Program-made: the position numbers and the translations under genes
Shown here: positions 1-13,741 of the stretch, one piece after another
Numbering within the stretch: the first letter of the stretch is position 1
Layout of the letters: each line of letters begins with the position of its first letter
Notes under the pieces: generated by a model
The model's database searches: none
Told to the model about the DNA's origin: nothing
Seen by the model: only the letters and a program-made list of their open reading frames with translations
NCBI GenBank assembly: GCA_964016885.1
Contig: OZ024756.1
Coordinates: 14,508,001 to 14,572,000 of the forward strand
Length of the DNA: 64,000 nt
DNA from: Eledone cirrhosa
Lineage: Eukaryota
Reading direction: 5' to 3'

Positions 1-113
1 GACGACCACTACTACTACTACGACGACCACTACCACTACGACCACAACCACTACCACCACTACTACTACTACCACCACCACTAACACCACCACCACTACC
101 ACCACCACTACTA
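1..113. repeat. Degenerate (CAC/TAC/GAC)n trinucleotide repeat
   Basis: Continuous cac/tac/gac triplets from the window start. Confidence 0.9.
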
Positions 114-608
114 CTTGAACAATTAGTAAATTAAGATATTAAGTATTTATTTCATGTCCGGCATCTATATGTGATGAAGACAAGATTGCGTTGTTGTTCC
201 CAACCAATGGAGTCCAATATCCGGTTCCCAGTAATGCATTTATTCTTATTCATGCTTGTATATGCTCTTAACTGATGATGGTGTCGTAGGGACGCCATGT
301 GGCGTGATATACAGCGTGTCTTGAACATTTACATCTGACAGGGCTTGCCCCTCTCCATGTCGTAACACAGGCGATTATTTTTTACCCAAATGAGATAAAG
401 CCTGTCGTACCCCCAAAATGTATACACACTTTGATTAGAATAGTGTTGAAGTGTGTATACATTTTTTTGGGGACACCCATAGAAATATTTATTTAGTTTT
501 GACAACGGCGTCGTCTGTACTCAATATTTTCTCTGCTTCCAAGGAATTTCTCTCACGAAGACGGAATAATTCTTCCAATATTGGTTCGTTTAATTCATTG
601 AAATAATT

Positions 609-792
609 AATTGCTTCTACTTTTGGCACAAGGCCAGCAATTATCCAGTGTATTACTGGTACTTTATTTTATCGACCCCGTAAGGATGAAAGGCAAAGTT
701 AACCTTGGCAGGATTTGAACTCAGAATGGCAAGGGCCGTAACTCTATGCGTCAAAGCATGGCGTCCGACCCTCTACCGATACTGCCAATCCC
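609..792 (-). mobile_element. tRNA-derived SINE, copy 1
   Basis: Minus strand has A-box-like TGGCAGTATCGG, B-box-like GAGTTCAAATCC and body GCCTTTCATCCTTACGGGGTCGATAAAATAAAGTACCAG; 7 copies in window. Confidence 0.85.
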
Positions 793-972
793 CCATGTTG
801 TCTCTTAATTCCAGAAACCGGGGCTGGGGATCGAATTATGGGTAAAACTTATTTTAGTCTGTCTAACTTATATCCTCCAAATCAAGGTTTTGGATTATGT
901 TCAATATATTTGATCGCTTCTCTCAGTTGATAATTTATGTTTTCATTGAGATGACTTAAAATATTAGAGACA

Positions 973-1160
973 AATAATTGTTTCTACTTTAGGCACAAGG
1001 CCAGCAATTACCCAGTGCATTACTGGTACTTTATTTTATCGACCACGTAAGGATGAAAGGCAAAGTCAACCTCGGCGGGATTTGAACTCAGATCATAAAG
1101 GGACGTAACTATGCTGGAAAGCATGGCGTTCGACCCTCTACCGATACTGCCAATCTACCG
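973..1160 (-). mobile_element. tRNA-derived SINE, copy 2
   Basis: Highly similar to 609-792; A and B boxes present. Confidence 0.85.
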
Positions 1161-1476
1161 ATATATATATATGTGTGTGTGTGTGTGTGTACGCAAAAGG
1201 TAAACAGAAATAAAGCAAATGACACAGTACAATGAAGAAATATATTATTAATTTACGTTTGGTATAGTCCTTCAGACACACAAACACACGTACACATCCA
1301 TACACACACTCATGCACCCCCCCCACACACACACACATATATATATATTTTTGAGTTTATGTTGACTCCAGTTCCTCATTGAAATAACAACCCAACAAAG
1401 AACTGGGCATATCAGAGTATTGACAATATTATACACCTCAACAACATATGTACTTGTCTATACCATACTAATTCAA

Positions 1477-1531
1477 ACTGCCTGAAGAGGTCACAGCCAA
1501 AGATGGCTGTCACTGAAATATATATAGCAGT
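1477..1531 (+). ncRNA. Type I hammerhead ribozyme motif
   Basis: Stem I ACTGC/GCAGT; core CTGAAGA; stem II GTCACAGCCA/TGGCTGTCAC (1 mismatch); GAAAT-ATAT-ATA; AATAAA directly after. Confidence 0.8.
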
Positions 1532-1575
1532 AATAAACGAAGCTAAATTTTAATCATTTGACTTTTATTTAACTT

Positions 1576-1620
<45 letters not shown>

Positions 1621-1732
1621 TGTTTTGCAAGGTTTTTGATATGAAATCGTGTGTCGAAACAAATATTGTTATACTGAGGTGGGGTGGGGGAAGGGGGGGG
1701 GCATATTGTTGTAATATTGCCAGAAATAATAA

Positions 1733-2240
1733 TGATTTCATTTATTGGCCACAAGGGCCGACATGTAGGGGACAATACAAAGACAGGGACAGTTAGGGGG
1801 GGGGGGTAACATATACAACCTGTAAACAATATAAGTAACAATAACAAAATAACAATAAAAATACAACAAGGAAAATTCCCCAATAGGGGGGGGGGGGATG
1901 AGCACCTAGGGTTCACTCAGGTACTCCACCAATCCTGAACGACCCGACGCTTCGAGAGCACCCGGGAAGGGCACCCCCTCACCCACCTACAGGCGCATGA
2001 TCAGAGTAGGTCCACTCACACGGGCCATTCTCGCCACATTCATCCACCTTTCAGCAAATGTACTGGGGAGAGAGAGGGGGGGGGGGGAGCAGCACTTCTC
2101 TCTCCACCCTCACCTGAAAAAGTTGATGAGGGATTGGCCGAAGAGAAAAGTGTCTGTCTTCAGTCCTTTCAACCTGGTCCACCATACAACCTCTTTCGCT
2201 ACTGCCACCAGACAGAGGAAAATTGCTTGCCCTTCCTAAT
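1733..2240 (-). mobile_element. L1/Tx1-like LINE 3' fragment
   Basis: Minus strand encodes FLCLVAVAKEVVWWTRLKGLKTDTFL, homologous to ORF 49593-49997; similar 3' end TTTATT(A/G)GCCACA on plus. Confidence 0.65.
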
Positions 2241-2249
2241 ATTGCAAGA

Positions 2250-2348
2250 AATAATTGTTTCTACGATTGGCACAAGGCCAGCAATTACCCAGTACATTAC
2301 TGGTACTTTATTTTATCGACCCCGTAAGGATGAAAGGCAAAGTTAACC
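2250..2348 (-). mobile_element. SINE 3' half, copy 3
   Basis: Matches the tail and body of the SINE at 609-792. Confidence 0.8.
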
Positions 2349-2608
2349 AAAGTTAATATTGCAAGAAATAATGATAGACTATATATATATATATATATAA
2401 ATACGGTATGTTTGTTTACAAACACACCGAGCATTATAATAAATGTTCGGTGAATCCATACGTACATATATATATGTGTGCATGTATGTATATATATATA
2501 TACATACTACTGTACGTCTGTATACATATATGTATGTACGTGTACATACTTATATTTAAGTAACAGCCGTACTAAGAGTGGGAAATGAAATTTCGTTTCA
2601 TTTTTTCC

Positions 2609-2646
<38 letters not shown>

Positions 2647-2803
2647 CTGTATTTTTAACCGCTGGTAAATTAATGATAACATTGATTGCCAAATAAATTA
2701 ACTATGAGATATAAAAGATACAGAAGCGAAAACCAACCAAACAGTGAGTGTGTTCTGTTATTATTTCTGGCAATATTACAACAATATGACCCTCCCCAAC
2801 TAT

Positions 2804-2857
<54 letters not shown>

Positions 2858-2893
2858 GAAAAATCAGTGATGCATCTGAATTCAATTTATTGT

Positions 2894-2981
2894 GTGTTAC
2901 AATTGTTTCACCGGCGGACAGCTCGAGACGCGATCATTGAGTGGATCTGTCTGATTCTGGATCCGCAGGTTCGACGGACAC
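2894..2981 (-). ncRNA. Hammerhead-like motif with variant core CCGUCGA and long stem II
   Basis: Minus: GTGT-CCGTCGA-ACCTGCGGA...TCCGCCGGT-GAAAC-AATT-GTA-ACAC, then AATAAA. Confidence 0.5.
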
Positions 2982-3083
2982 GTCTCATTATTTCGGAGCA
3001 AATTCTCTCACATACTCTGCTCTGTAAGAACATAGAGTGCTCAACCGGCATACCGCCTATGGAAGCATCTTAGCTACCATCAG

Positions 3084-3123
<40 letters not shown>

Positions 3124-3282
3124 GGGTCCATATACATCGGACAAACAGGTTGCCGTCTCCAGCATCGATCTCCTTGTCAGACTTGGTGTGTGCGCGCGAG
3201 CGCGCACCCGTATGGACGCCGTATGGCGAATGGTCAAGAAGTCGCTTCACTATCATTAAGTGTCGGGTTTAATTACGCTGCA

Positions 3283-3562
3283 TGACATCTTGGGAAGCTG
3301 TCATCTGCCATAACTTCAGGTTGACCTTATGAGTGAAACCTGGTATACGGAAACTGTGTGGAAGCCCGTCAGATGAACTCTACCTGTAATTCAAAGGTGC
3401 CAGCATTATCACACACTGTGTCACACTGAATCTCCCTGAGAATTACATTGAGAGTTCACGTCTCAGTGGAATGCTCAGCCACTTATAGGTTAATTTCATG
3501 AGCAGGCTGTTCTGCTGATCAAAAAACAGGAATACTCGCTCTCGAAACCGACGAAGGACCAT
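3283..3562 (+). mobile_element. Second SINE-like interspersed repeat
   Basis: GTAATTCAAAGG...CTGAATCTCCCTGAGAATTAC...GTTAATTTCATGAGCAGGCTG resembles octopus SINE 3' regions (from memory); single copy here. Confidence 0.45.
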
Positions 3563-3734
3563 TCAATGTTCCATGTATACATGTACATATACATGTGTGT
3601 GTGTGTGTGTGTGTGTGTCCGCGCGCGTGAATGTGTATGTGTACGCGTGCGTCTGCATATTCTGTGTGTGTCTATGTAAATATATGTGTGTGTGAATGTA
3701 TGCGTGTGTGAATGAGTGTGTGTGTAATGTCTGT

Positions 3735-3884
3735 TGTGTGTATGAGTGTGTATAGAAACAAGTAGTATTGTGTGTGAGAGATATTGTGTGTATGAGTGTG
3801 TATAGAAACAAGTAGTATTGTGTGTGAGAGATATTGTGTGTATGAGTGTGTATAGAAACAAGTAGTATTGTGTGTGAGAGATAT

Positions 3885-3890
<6 letters not shown>
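3735..3890. repeat. 50-bp tandem repeat x3
   Basis: tatgagtgtgtatagaaacaagtagtattg recurs at 3741, 3791 and 3841. Confidence 0.9.
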
Positions 3891-3927
<37 letters not shown>

Positions 3928-3930
3928 CAT

Positions 3931-4565
3931 TAGTAGTAGTAGTAGTAGTGGTGATGGTGGTAGTGGTAGTAGTAGTAGTAGTAGTAGTGGTAGTAGTAGT
4001 AGTAGTGGTAGTGGTAGTAGTAGTGGTAGTGGTAGTAGTAGTAGTGGTAGTGGTAGTAGTGGTAGTAGTAGTAGTGGTGGTAGTGGTAGTAGTAGTAGTA
4101 GTAGTGGTAGTGGTAGTAGTGGTAGTAGTAGTAGTGGTAGTAGTAGTAGTAGTGGAAGTGGTAGTAGTGGTAGTAGTAGTGGTAGTGGTAGTAGTAGTAG
4201 TGGTAGTAGTAGTAGTGGTAGTAGTAGTGGTAGTAGTAGTAGTGGTAGTAGTAGTGGTAGTAGTAGTAGTGGTGGTAGTGGTAGTAGTAGTAGTGGTAGT
4301 AGTAGTAGTAGTAGTGGTAGTAGTAGTAGTGGTGGTAGTAGTAGTAGTGGTAGTAGTGGTAGTAGTAGTAGTAGTGGTGGTAGTAGTAGTAGTAGTAGTA
4401 GTGGTAGTAGTGGTAGTAGTAGTAGTAGTGGTAGTAGTAGTAGTGGTAGTAGTAGTAGTAGTAGTGGTAGTAGTGGTAGTAGTAGTAGTGGTAGTAGTAG
4501 TAGTAGTAGTGGTAGTAGTAGTGGTAGTGGTAGTGGTAGTAGTAGTGGTAGTAGTAGTAGTAGTG

Positions 4566-4608
<43 letters not shown>

Positions 4609-4614
4609 TAGTGG
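3931..4614. repeat. (GTA/GTG)n microsatellite
   Basis: Direct reading; source of the poly-V and poly-S/G ORFs. Confidence 0.95.
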
Positions 4615-4696
4615 CCTTGTTATATATTGTAGTTATCTCTGATTGTTATCAATCTAGACATTTGATGATATACAATATCTCAATGAGACGATATAG

Positions 4697-6660
4697 ATCA
4701 CACACACTATAACACACATACACTATAGATCACATACACTATAGCACACATACACTATAGATCACACACACTATAGCACACACACACTATAGATCACACA
4801 TACACTATAGCACACACACACTATAGCACACATACACTATAACACACATACACTATAACACACATACACTATAACACACATACACTATAACACACATACA
4901 CTATAACACACATACACTATAACACACATACACTATAACACACATACACTATAACACACATACACTATAACACACACACACTATAACACACACACACTAT
5001 AGCACACATACACTATAGCACACATACACTATAGCACACATACACTATAGCACACATACACTATAGCACACATACACTATAGCACACATACACTATAGCA
5101 CACATACACTATAGCACACATACACTATAGCACACATACACTATAGCACACATACACTATAGCACACATACACTATAGCACACATACACTATAGCACACA
5201 TACACTATAGCACACATACACTATAGCACACATACACTATAGCACACACACACTATAGCACACATACACTATAGCACACACACACTATAGCACACTCACA
5301 CTATAGCACACATACACTATAGCACACACACACACTATAGCACACACACACTATAGCACACATACATTATAGCACACATACACACTATAGCACACACACA
5401 CTATAGCACACACACACACTATAGCACACACACACTATAGCACACACACACACTATAGCACACTCACACTATAGCACACATACACTATAGCACACATACA
5501 CTATAGCACACTCACACTATAGCACACTCACACTATAGCACACATACACTATAGCACACTCACACTATAGCACACATACACTATAGCACACATACACTAT
5601 AGCACACACACACTATAGCACACACACACTATAGCACACACACACTATAGCACACATACATTATAGCACACATACATTATAGCACACATACACTATAACA
5701 CACATACATTATAGCACACATACACTATAGCACACATACACTATAGCACACACACACTATAGCACACACACACTATAGCACACATACACTATAGCACACA
5801 CACACTATAGCACACACAATAGCACACACACACTATAGCACACACACACTATAGCACACACACACTATAGCACACACACACTATAGCATACACACACTAT
5901 AGCATACACACACTATAGCACACACACACTATAGCACACACACACTATAGCACACACACACTATAGCACACATACACTATAGCACACATACACTATAGCA
6001 CACACACACTATAGCACACATACACTATAGCACACACACACTATAACACACACACACTATAGCACACACACACTATAGCACACACACACTATAGCACACA
6101 CACACTATAGCACACATACACTATAGCACACATACATTATAGCACACACACACTACAGCACACACACACTATAGTACACACACACTATAGCATACACACA
6201 CTATAGCACACTCACACTATAGCACACACTATAGCACACATACACTATAGCACACACACACTATAGCACACTCACACTATAGCATACACACACCATAGCA
6301 CACTCACACTATAGCACATATACACTATAGCATACACACACTATAGCACACACTATAGCACACATACACTATAGCACAGATACACTATAGCACGCACACA
6401 CTATAGCACACACACACTATAGCACACACACACTATAGCACACACACACTATAGCACATATACATTATAGCACACATACACTATAGCACAGATACACTAC
6501 AGCACACACACACTATAGCACACATACACTATAGCACACATACACTATAGCACACATATACTATAGCACACACACACACTATAGCACACACACACTATAG
6601 CACACACACACTATAGCACACACGCACACATTTACACACTCAATAGCACACACACACACA
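4697..6660. repeat. 16-bp minisatellite (CACTATAGCACACAYA)n, ~2 kb
   Basis: Direct reading of the tandem unit and its variants. Confidence 0.95.
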
Positions 6661-6838
6661 ATATCTCTCACAATATCATGGAATATTATCCGCCGTCAGG
6701 GGTCGTTGCTGCGGTAAATTCGAAATAAAGTATATTAAGAATGTGTGAAACATCAATGGACCTGTTACTTTTCTCTAAAAAAAATGTTTTCCGATTCCGC
6801 CCAGTTCATCCCTTTAGACTTTCAAATTTCTAATTCTT

Positions 6839-6874
6839 TCTTCTGATGAAGGACTAACGTCCGAAACGTTAAGA
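6839..6874 (+). ncRNA. Minimal type I hammerhead ribozyme motif with palindromic stem III
   Basis: TCTT-CTGATGA-A-GGAC-TAAC-GTCC-GAAAC-GTT-AAGA; stem I TCTT/AAGA; AACGTT palindrome as in dimer-forming Penelope HHRs. Confidence 0.7.
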
Positions 6875-7016
6875 CCGCCTTCCTGGTATTTCAAGCGTTA
6901 ACCTAATATATTCCTTTCATATACAGTACCGATTGTGTTGTCATTTCTGTTTATCTTTTACACACACACACGCATATATATATACATATAGAAATATATA
7001 TATAGAGAGAGAGAGG

Positions 7017-7066
<50 letters not shown>

Positions 7067-7148
7067 AGATGGACAGATAATCAGATATGTGGTCAGTCGA
7101 AAATAATAAACTCAAAATTTGCTTAAACTTTAATCTGAACTAATACTT

Positions 7149-7203
<55 letters not shown>

Positions 7204-7564
7204 CGATTAAACAAACAATTTCTGGTTTCTTCATAAAACATAAACTGGTTGTTAGTTTGACGAAATTAGTTAATTGAGAGTTATTTTGTTACAACATTTA
7301 CCGATGACGTCATTCTGTTTTCCTGTTCAGCACCCTCATTGCATATTAACACTCCCACATTAAGGAATAAAGACAGAATTGTGGTCAGGCACAAGCACAA
7401 AAGACAACGTCACTCACTGTCTTGGCTCTAGTCCCTATTATATTTAATATTTCATAGAAACGCAAATCTTACCATCCTGTTACAGATATATCACTGAATG
7501 GAATTTTACCCACCCTATATATATAATATATAAGAACAAAAGATGGTTAAAGGAGTTCCATGTA

Positions 7565-7631
7565 TTTTATTATGCGCATTTCAAAAACAAATATCATCAT
7601 GCAATAATATTTGTGTTTTCATCAGATAAAA
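7565..7631 (-). ncRNA. Type I hammerhead ribozyme motif
   Basis: Minus: TTTTAT-CTGATGA-AAACACAAATAT...ATATTTGTTTTT-GAAAT-GCGC-ATA-ATAAAA; lies in element ~7530-7715, homologous to 33029-33358. Confidence 0.8.
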
Positions 7632-7715
7632 CAGGAAGACATGATATGAAGGTTAAAAACACTTGTGGATAGTGCAGTTTTAAATCAACATATTTGATAT
7701 GTTGATTTAAAACTG

Positions 7716-10700
7716 AACCTCTAGCCGAATCTAGATGCATTGAGAAAGCCACTGAATCTGTAAACCACGAAGTGATTGCCATTGGCGTACCAGAAGACAT
7801 AGTTGATCTTCAGACAATTGCTGCCAGCTCATCCAAAGATCTGGGCTGTGCTCACCCGAAGGGGGCTCTCCGCCTTGGCCGACCAGGTCCGAAACCCAGG
7901 CTAATTAGGCTGTTCTTTTCGAACTCAACTGAGGCACGTTCATATCTTTTATATATGACGTACGCCTTCCGAACACGTCTTCCACATGACGTACGCCCAA
8001 AGCTGCGTGCTGCAGCTTCCTTAAACCGCAACTCAGAACAACATGAAAGCTTCAGCCTACGTGATGATGGGCAGATATGGAAGTTTATTAAGGCTAGTGA
8101 AACATGGAAAAGAGATACCAGCTGGTCTGAAAACACTGTACCCACAACAACTGTCAATAAAAAAAAACTGAAAAAACTCTGGGAAACTAAATCAGAACAA
8201 CCTGCCATCCCCTGCACATAATCATAGACTGGAATTAAGGTACAAATTGTTGTCCTTAAATGCACGTAGTCTATGCAATAAGATACATCTTCTTGACTCC
8301 TACGTCAAAAGTATCGATCCTGACATCATTACAGTCACGGAAACATGGGTACATCCGTTACTATGTGATAGGGTTTTCAGCATAACTGGCTACAACTTGT
8401 TTCGTAAAGGCTGCATTAATCGTGGTGGTGGTGGTGTAATGGTCTACATTCGGTCAAACATTTTAGCAATTCCTTGCGTTGATTTGAACCAATCGCAGCA
8501 AGAAGTATTTTTCTGCGATATATGTATGACTATGTCAACACTTCTACTTGGAGTTGTTTACCGCCCCCCAAATTACCATCAGGACACTCAACTTTGTTAT
8601 ATCCTTAGAGCTGTTGCCAGGAAAACAGCCACCTATGTTTTTATTACAGGGGACTTCAATCAGCCTGAGACTGACTGGGAAACCTTTCGTTGGCCGCAAA
8701 GTGCAAATGATTTCCTTGAGTTAGTGCTGGACTCGAACTGGTCCCAAGTAGTCACCTCCACAACAAGAGGTGACAACACTTTGGATCTACTCTTCACCAC
8801 TACTCCTGAAACGATTATTAGTGTTACTACTGAGGAACCTTTTAGGTGACTCTGATCATGCTATGATTATTGCCAATCTGTCCCTCATGGGCAGTAACAA
8901 AAACCACAACCATCTCCAAACTGCTCACTTTGACTGGAATAAAGCAGACTGGAACTATTACTGCACCGAGCTGCAACGTCCAAACTGGCTTGAATTTTAC
9001 GACTCTGGAGATGTCAACACTGTACTCCAGAACATCCTGAACTCAATATGGACAGAAGTGCAGCATCGGTTCCACGTAAGAAGAAAACAAACCTTCCAAA
9101 AGTGCAATTTGGGAGACTGCATCAAACTGACTTCTCAGGAAAGAACGTCGTAATGCTGAATGTGAGTACAAACTGCATAAATCAGATAGCAATAGGAAAA
9201 AGCGAAATAAATCATCCAACCATCTCAAGCAGGTGACAAAAAAGGCAGTGCTTGCATTTGAACAGCGCATAACAACTAAACCTGACAGTAAGGTGTTCTG
9301 GAAACATGTACACTCAAACTAGATGCCTTACACAAGCCAGATTACTGACAACCTCAAGAAATGCGCAGAACTCATTGCTGAATGCTATGCAGGTATTTTC
9401 ACTGTTGAAGACCAAAAAATACCATCTCCACCACCTCCGACATCAAATTCTATAACAACTATGGAATTTACACCTGCAATGCTACGGCGTCACCTTAAAA
9501 ATAAACGCAACCATACCTCTCCTGTTCTTGATGGTGTTACGTACCTGCTTCTCAAACGTGGTGGGTACATCTTTCTACACCAGCTATCACTCTTCTTTCC
9601 ATTTGTCTGAACAACGGTGATACTACGGAGCAGTGAAAAACTGCCAGTATCATTCCTCTGATCAAAAAGGGTGATCGCATGTCACCTATCAACAATCGTC
9701 CAGTCAGTCTTACTAGCTGCATTGCCAAACTGATAGAATCCTGTGTCAGAGAAACACTTTGGAACTTCTGGAACTCCCAGTCTTATCTGGCCCTCCAGCT
9801 GCTGTGATCAACTTATCAAGTTTCTTGAAGACATCACCCGGATCACTGATGGTGGCTCATGGGTGGATGTTGTTTACCTTGACTCTGCTAAAGCTTTCAG
9901 TTCAAAATACACAAAATACTTATGGCAAAACTCCATGCAATGGGTGTGAAGGATGATCTATTTAACTCTCAGTCGAAGAGAGGTAGTGTCGGTTCTAGGA
10001 CAGCATTCCTCACCATATGAGATGTCATCTGGTGTACCACAGGGATCTGTTCTTGGTCCCCTTTTGTTTGTGACATATATTAATGACATAGATGCCAACT
10101 TAAAGAATGCCACAGTACTGAAATATGCAGATGACATCAAGCTGTACCTTGAGATAAAAAGGACATATGCTGAACACTATAGATCTTTCCTGCAATCAGA
10201 CCTGGACACAATGCAACAATGGATCACGGACTGGCAACTCAAGTTAACTGTGGACAAGTGTACCACCTTGCATTTTGGGAAGAAAAACCCAGCGTCCACA
10301 TACTCCCTCCACAACACTAATATCAAGAAGTCTTCTTGTGAACGTGAACTGGGCATTACTGTCAGCAACGATTTGCGTTGGACGAAACACGTCTCTAAAA
10401 TTGTCAAGAAGGCCAAGGGTGTCTTAGCATCACTCAGCAAGACCTTTGCCAGCCGTTCTTCAGCTATCTATTTAAAGCTGTATAGAGCTAGGTGCGGCCA
10501 CACTTAGGATTTGCATCACCAATCTGAAACCTCTATCTTGCTCAGAACATTGACCTCCTGGAAACTGTTCAGAGACGTGCAACCAAGCGAATACCCTCCA
10601 TCAGGCATTTACCATTCTCTGAACGCCCTGCCTCCCTGGGCATGGATACATTGAAGCTCTGACATCTGGTAACTGACTTGGTAAACACCCACAAAATTAT

Positions 10701-11110
10701 TAACCATCTTGCCTACAACAACCCTGAGTACCTTTTTGATTTCCATGTGTCTAACACACGTGGGCATGCCCACAAAGTCAGAAAACAGAACAGCACCCAT
10801 GACTTTCGGAAACATTATTTCACGCTCAGAGTTGCTGAAGCATGGAATAAACTACCTCCATCCGTTGCTAGCTGTTGGGTCACTGCATCCTTTAAAACCT
10901 CCATGCTTCCTGAAATTCACCAGCACTACACCTGATATGTCCCTCCATACACACGCACACATGTATTTCATGACTCATACACTATTCATTTTCCTGACAT
11001 TTGAACACTATTCTATGTACTATACATGCACCTTTGATGAGCTGTAGTGCACCTGAGCACTGTACACAATAATTTCATTATTATTATCATTATTATTATT
11101 ATTATTATTA
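7716..11110 (+). mobile_element. Decayed CR1-like LINE (possible ORF1 remnant, APE-RT ORF2, 3' UTR, (TTA)n tail)
   Basis: APE motifs LNARSL, TETW, GVVYRPP, GDFN, LDLL, SDH (8247-8870); RT motifs GVPQGSVLGPLLF and KYADD (~10030-10135); C-terminal FRKHYFTLRVAEAWNKLP; many frameshifts. Confidence 0.9.
8247..10935 (+). pseudogene. Frameshifted endonuclease-reverse transcriptase ORF2 of the CR1-like LINE
   Basis: ORF pieces 8247-8849, 8770-9153, 9323-9610, 9743-9949, 9953-10507 and 10678-10935 are in collinear domain order. Confidence 0.9.
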
Positions 11111-11124
11111 TAAACACCACCCTT

Positions 11125-11322
11125 GGGCGGTGGATTGGCAGTGTCGGTAGAGGGTCGGACGCCATGCTTTGCAGCAAAGAGTTACGGCCCTTTATGGTCT
11201 GAGTTCAAATCCTGCCGAGGTTAACTTTTCCTTTCATCCTTAGGGGGGGGGGTCGATATTATAAAGTAACAGTAATGTACTGGGACAATTGCTGGCCTTG
11301 TGCCCAAAGTAGAAACAATTAT
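11125..11322 (+). mobile_element. tRNA-derived SINE, copy 4
   Basis: Starts GGGCGGTGGATTGGCAG; B box GAGTTCAAATCC; ATT tail. Confidence 0.85.
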
Positions 11323-11330
11323 TACTATTT

Positions 11331-11538
11331 GGTGGATTGGCAGTATCGGTAGAGGGTCGGACGCCATGCTTTGACACATAGAGTTACGGCCCTTGCCATT
11401 TTGAGTTCAAATCCCGCCGAGGTTAACTTTGCTTTTCATCCTTAGAGGGGAGGGGGGTGTCGATAAAATAAAGTACCAGTAATACACCGGGGTAATTGCT
11501 GGCCTTGTGCCAAAAGTAGAAACAATTATTATTATTAT
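11331..11538 (+). mobile_element. tRNA-derived SINE, copy 5 (tandem with copy 4)
   Basis: Same family; (ATT)n tail. Confidence 0.85.
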
Positions 11539-11980
11539 AAACACACGCATACATAATACATACATGTATACATGCATACATACATATATACATATATACA
11601 TACACACATAAATATACACATGCATACATACATGCATGCATAATACATATATACATACATCATATATACATTATGTATGTACGATACATTTATACCTACA
11701 AAGACGTGTAAATATATATATACAATAGTATGAGAGAAAGGGGATCGAGACATAGCCATGTGTTTCCTGGTAGCACCATTAAAATGCCATTAGAAACCCA
11801 TTAAAAATCGCCATATTGTCCATGACACCGTGGGACCAACATATGTTCATTTAATTTCTCTTCACATGCCTCTCTATCCACTTATTTAAATAGCTTTTCC
11901 CGGTCATTTCATAGTTTCACCATCTATCTATCTATGCATCTATTTTTATACGCATCCCTGTACGGAAAAAACACACACAT

Positions 11981-12038
<58 letters not shown>

Positions 12039-12207
12039 GGATATGTGTTCCTACACGCACAAAGCGCTAAGGGACACATGTATTGTCCAACCATATGCCA
12101 ATGTGGTTCGATGGCAGGTTAATAAATTAACGAGCCAGAACATATATAATCAGGTTTAGCAAATAATGAAAAAGTTTCAAAATAAATTTTAAAAAGTTGA
12201 CTTTACT

Positions 12208-12244
<37 letters not shown>

Positions 12245-12247
<3 letters not shown>

Positions 12248-12375
12248 AGAGTCAGGACCCCGACGGCTGAGCTCCGGCTGAGCTCCGGCTGAGCTCCGGC
12301 CGTTTCGACAGCTAGATCCGTATCGAGTACTCTGGTGCGTTATAGTACACCTGGTTCCTTACCACACTTTCTTTG

Positions 12376-12380
<5 letters not shown>
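12245..12380. mobile_element. Short element in (TA)n, same family as 24841-24980 and 39365-39552
   Basis: Shares GGACCCCGACGGCTGAGCTC and an inverted GTGGTAAGGAACCAGGTG block; local GGCTGAGCTCC x3. Confidence 0.7.
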
Positions 12381-12417
<37 letters not shown>

Positions 12418-12494
12418 GAGATATGCATCCCCTTGCATTGAACCACAAAGTTACTAAGACAAAACCTATATACATGTTGGTAGATATACTAATT

Positions 12495-12528
<34 letters not shown>

Positions 12529-12795
12529 TTGGAATACTGGAATTGTATAGTCAAGACCGTAGCGGTATGTCATATATCAAATCATATATTTTATCTGATG
12601 AAGACGTACTGGAAAAAAAACAACACAGTACCTTTGAAATATATATAATAAAGCATATATTTTGATTGTGAATATCTTTCATTTGTTAATATATTGAATA
12701 ATATTAAAAACTCCAGGAAAATGTTTTACTGTTGAGTGCTTTTAATCTATTGTAAAATTGTATTGAGTAATCAACGAACGATATTAATCTTTGGT

Positions 12796-12840
<45 letters not shown>

Positions 12841-12842
12841 TA

Positions 12843-13290
12843 TGTCGGGTCGTCGGTGACTAAACTGGCAACCCCACCAAGTTTACCTGATGAGGAGGGT
12901 GAGTTGGACACCCTACAGGACAAAAAACAAAACCTGACAAAGGGCGGAAGAACTCATAAGGGCCAACGGCCATCCAAAAATGTGTAAATATGTATATACC
13001 TATATGCATGTGTATATATATGTATATGTATATGCAGGAATACATATGTATATATATATATATGCTCGGGGACATAGAAATAATCGCGCGGTTAAACCAT
13101 TGGGAGTGAAGGACCCCTTGGCTTTTGTCAGGGCATTCTTCTAGGAGAAGGTTAACTCAGGAAACTGGGATATCTCCGATATAGAACCTGCGGCTCAGTA
13201 GTTACCTATGATGTTGATCTTTTCTTCTTTTCGGGTTATAGCTATTATCGCTCAGAGAGTGGGTTTGGCTCGGTGCACGGTCTTTCCTCA
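12843..13290 (+). mobile_element. Non-autonomous repeat family F (RTE 5' UTR-like)
   Basis: Homologous to 31437-31930 (+) and partly to 41622-42185 (-). Confidence 0.7.
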
Positions 13291-13705
13291 AATGATGGTA
13301 GTTATGGAGAGTTGTTGATGCGCTTTACATATTGGATCATGGGATATTCAGAAACGCCGGATTAAAAAATAAATATCATGGGAGGGTTATAGAACGGACA
13401 GTTTTCATGATTAAGTTCATGTATGTTGTACCTGTGTCTTCATCTTTGATTTGTAATAATATCAACAGGCACAACTGCTCTCATACAAAACAATTTCTAT
13501 AAGGACAATATACATGATTACCTAGAAGGATAGATATATGGATGCTCAAGAAAAGGCAACAAATATAAATGAATGACGTAATTGGTGACATATCTCGACA
13601 ACCGATCATATCTTGCTGGTTAATCATATTTCAATTCGTTTATGAACATTTTTCCTTATATACTGTTGTATGAATAATCTACAGCAGCGCGAAATTCAGA
13701 GTATA

Positions 13706-13741
<36 letters not shown>

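Noticed and set aside
270-300. CTGATGA followed by hairpin TGGTGTC/GACGCCA
   Set aside because: No GAAA or stem III follows
407-477. Hairpin CCCCAAAATGTATACACACTT / AAGTGTGTATACATTTTTTTGGGG
   Set aside because: Resembles collapsed Tc1/mariner TIRs but is single and too short to classify
3846-4712. Poly-Val and Ser/Gly ORFs
   Set aside because: Artefact of the (GTA/GTG)n microsatellite
11125-11225. tRNA gene
   Set aside because: A and B boxes belong to a SINE head; no full cloverleaf is evident
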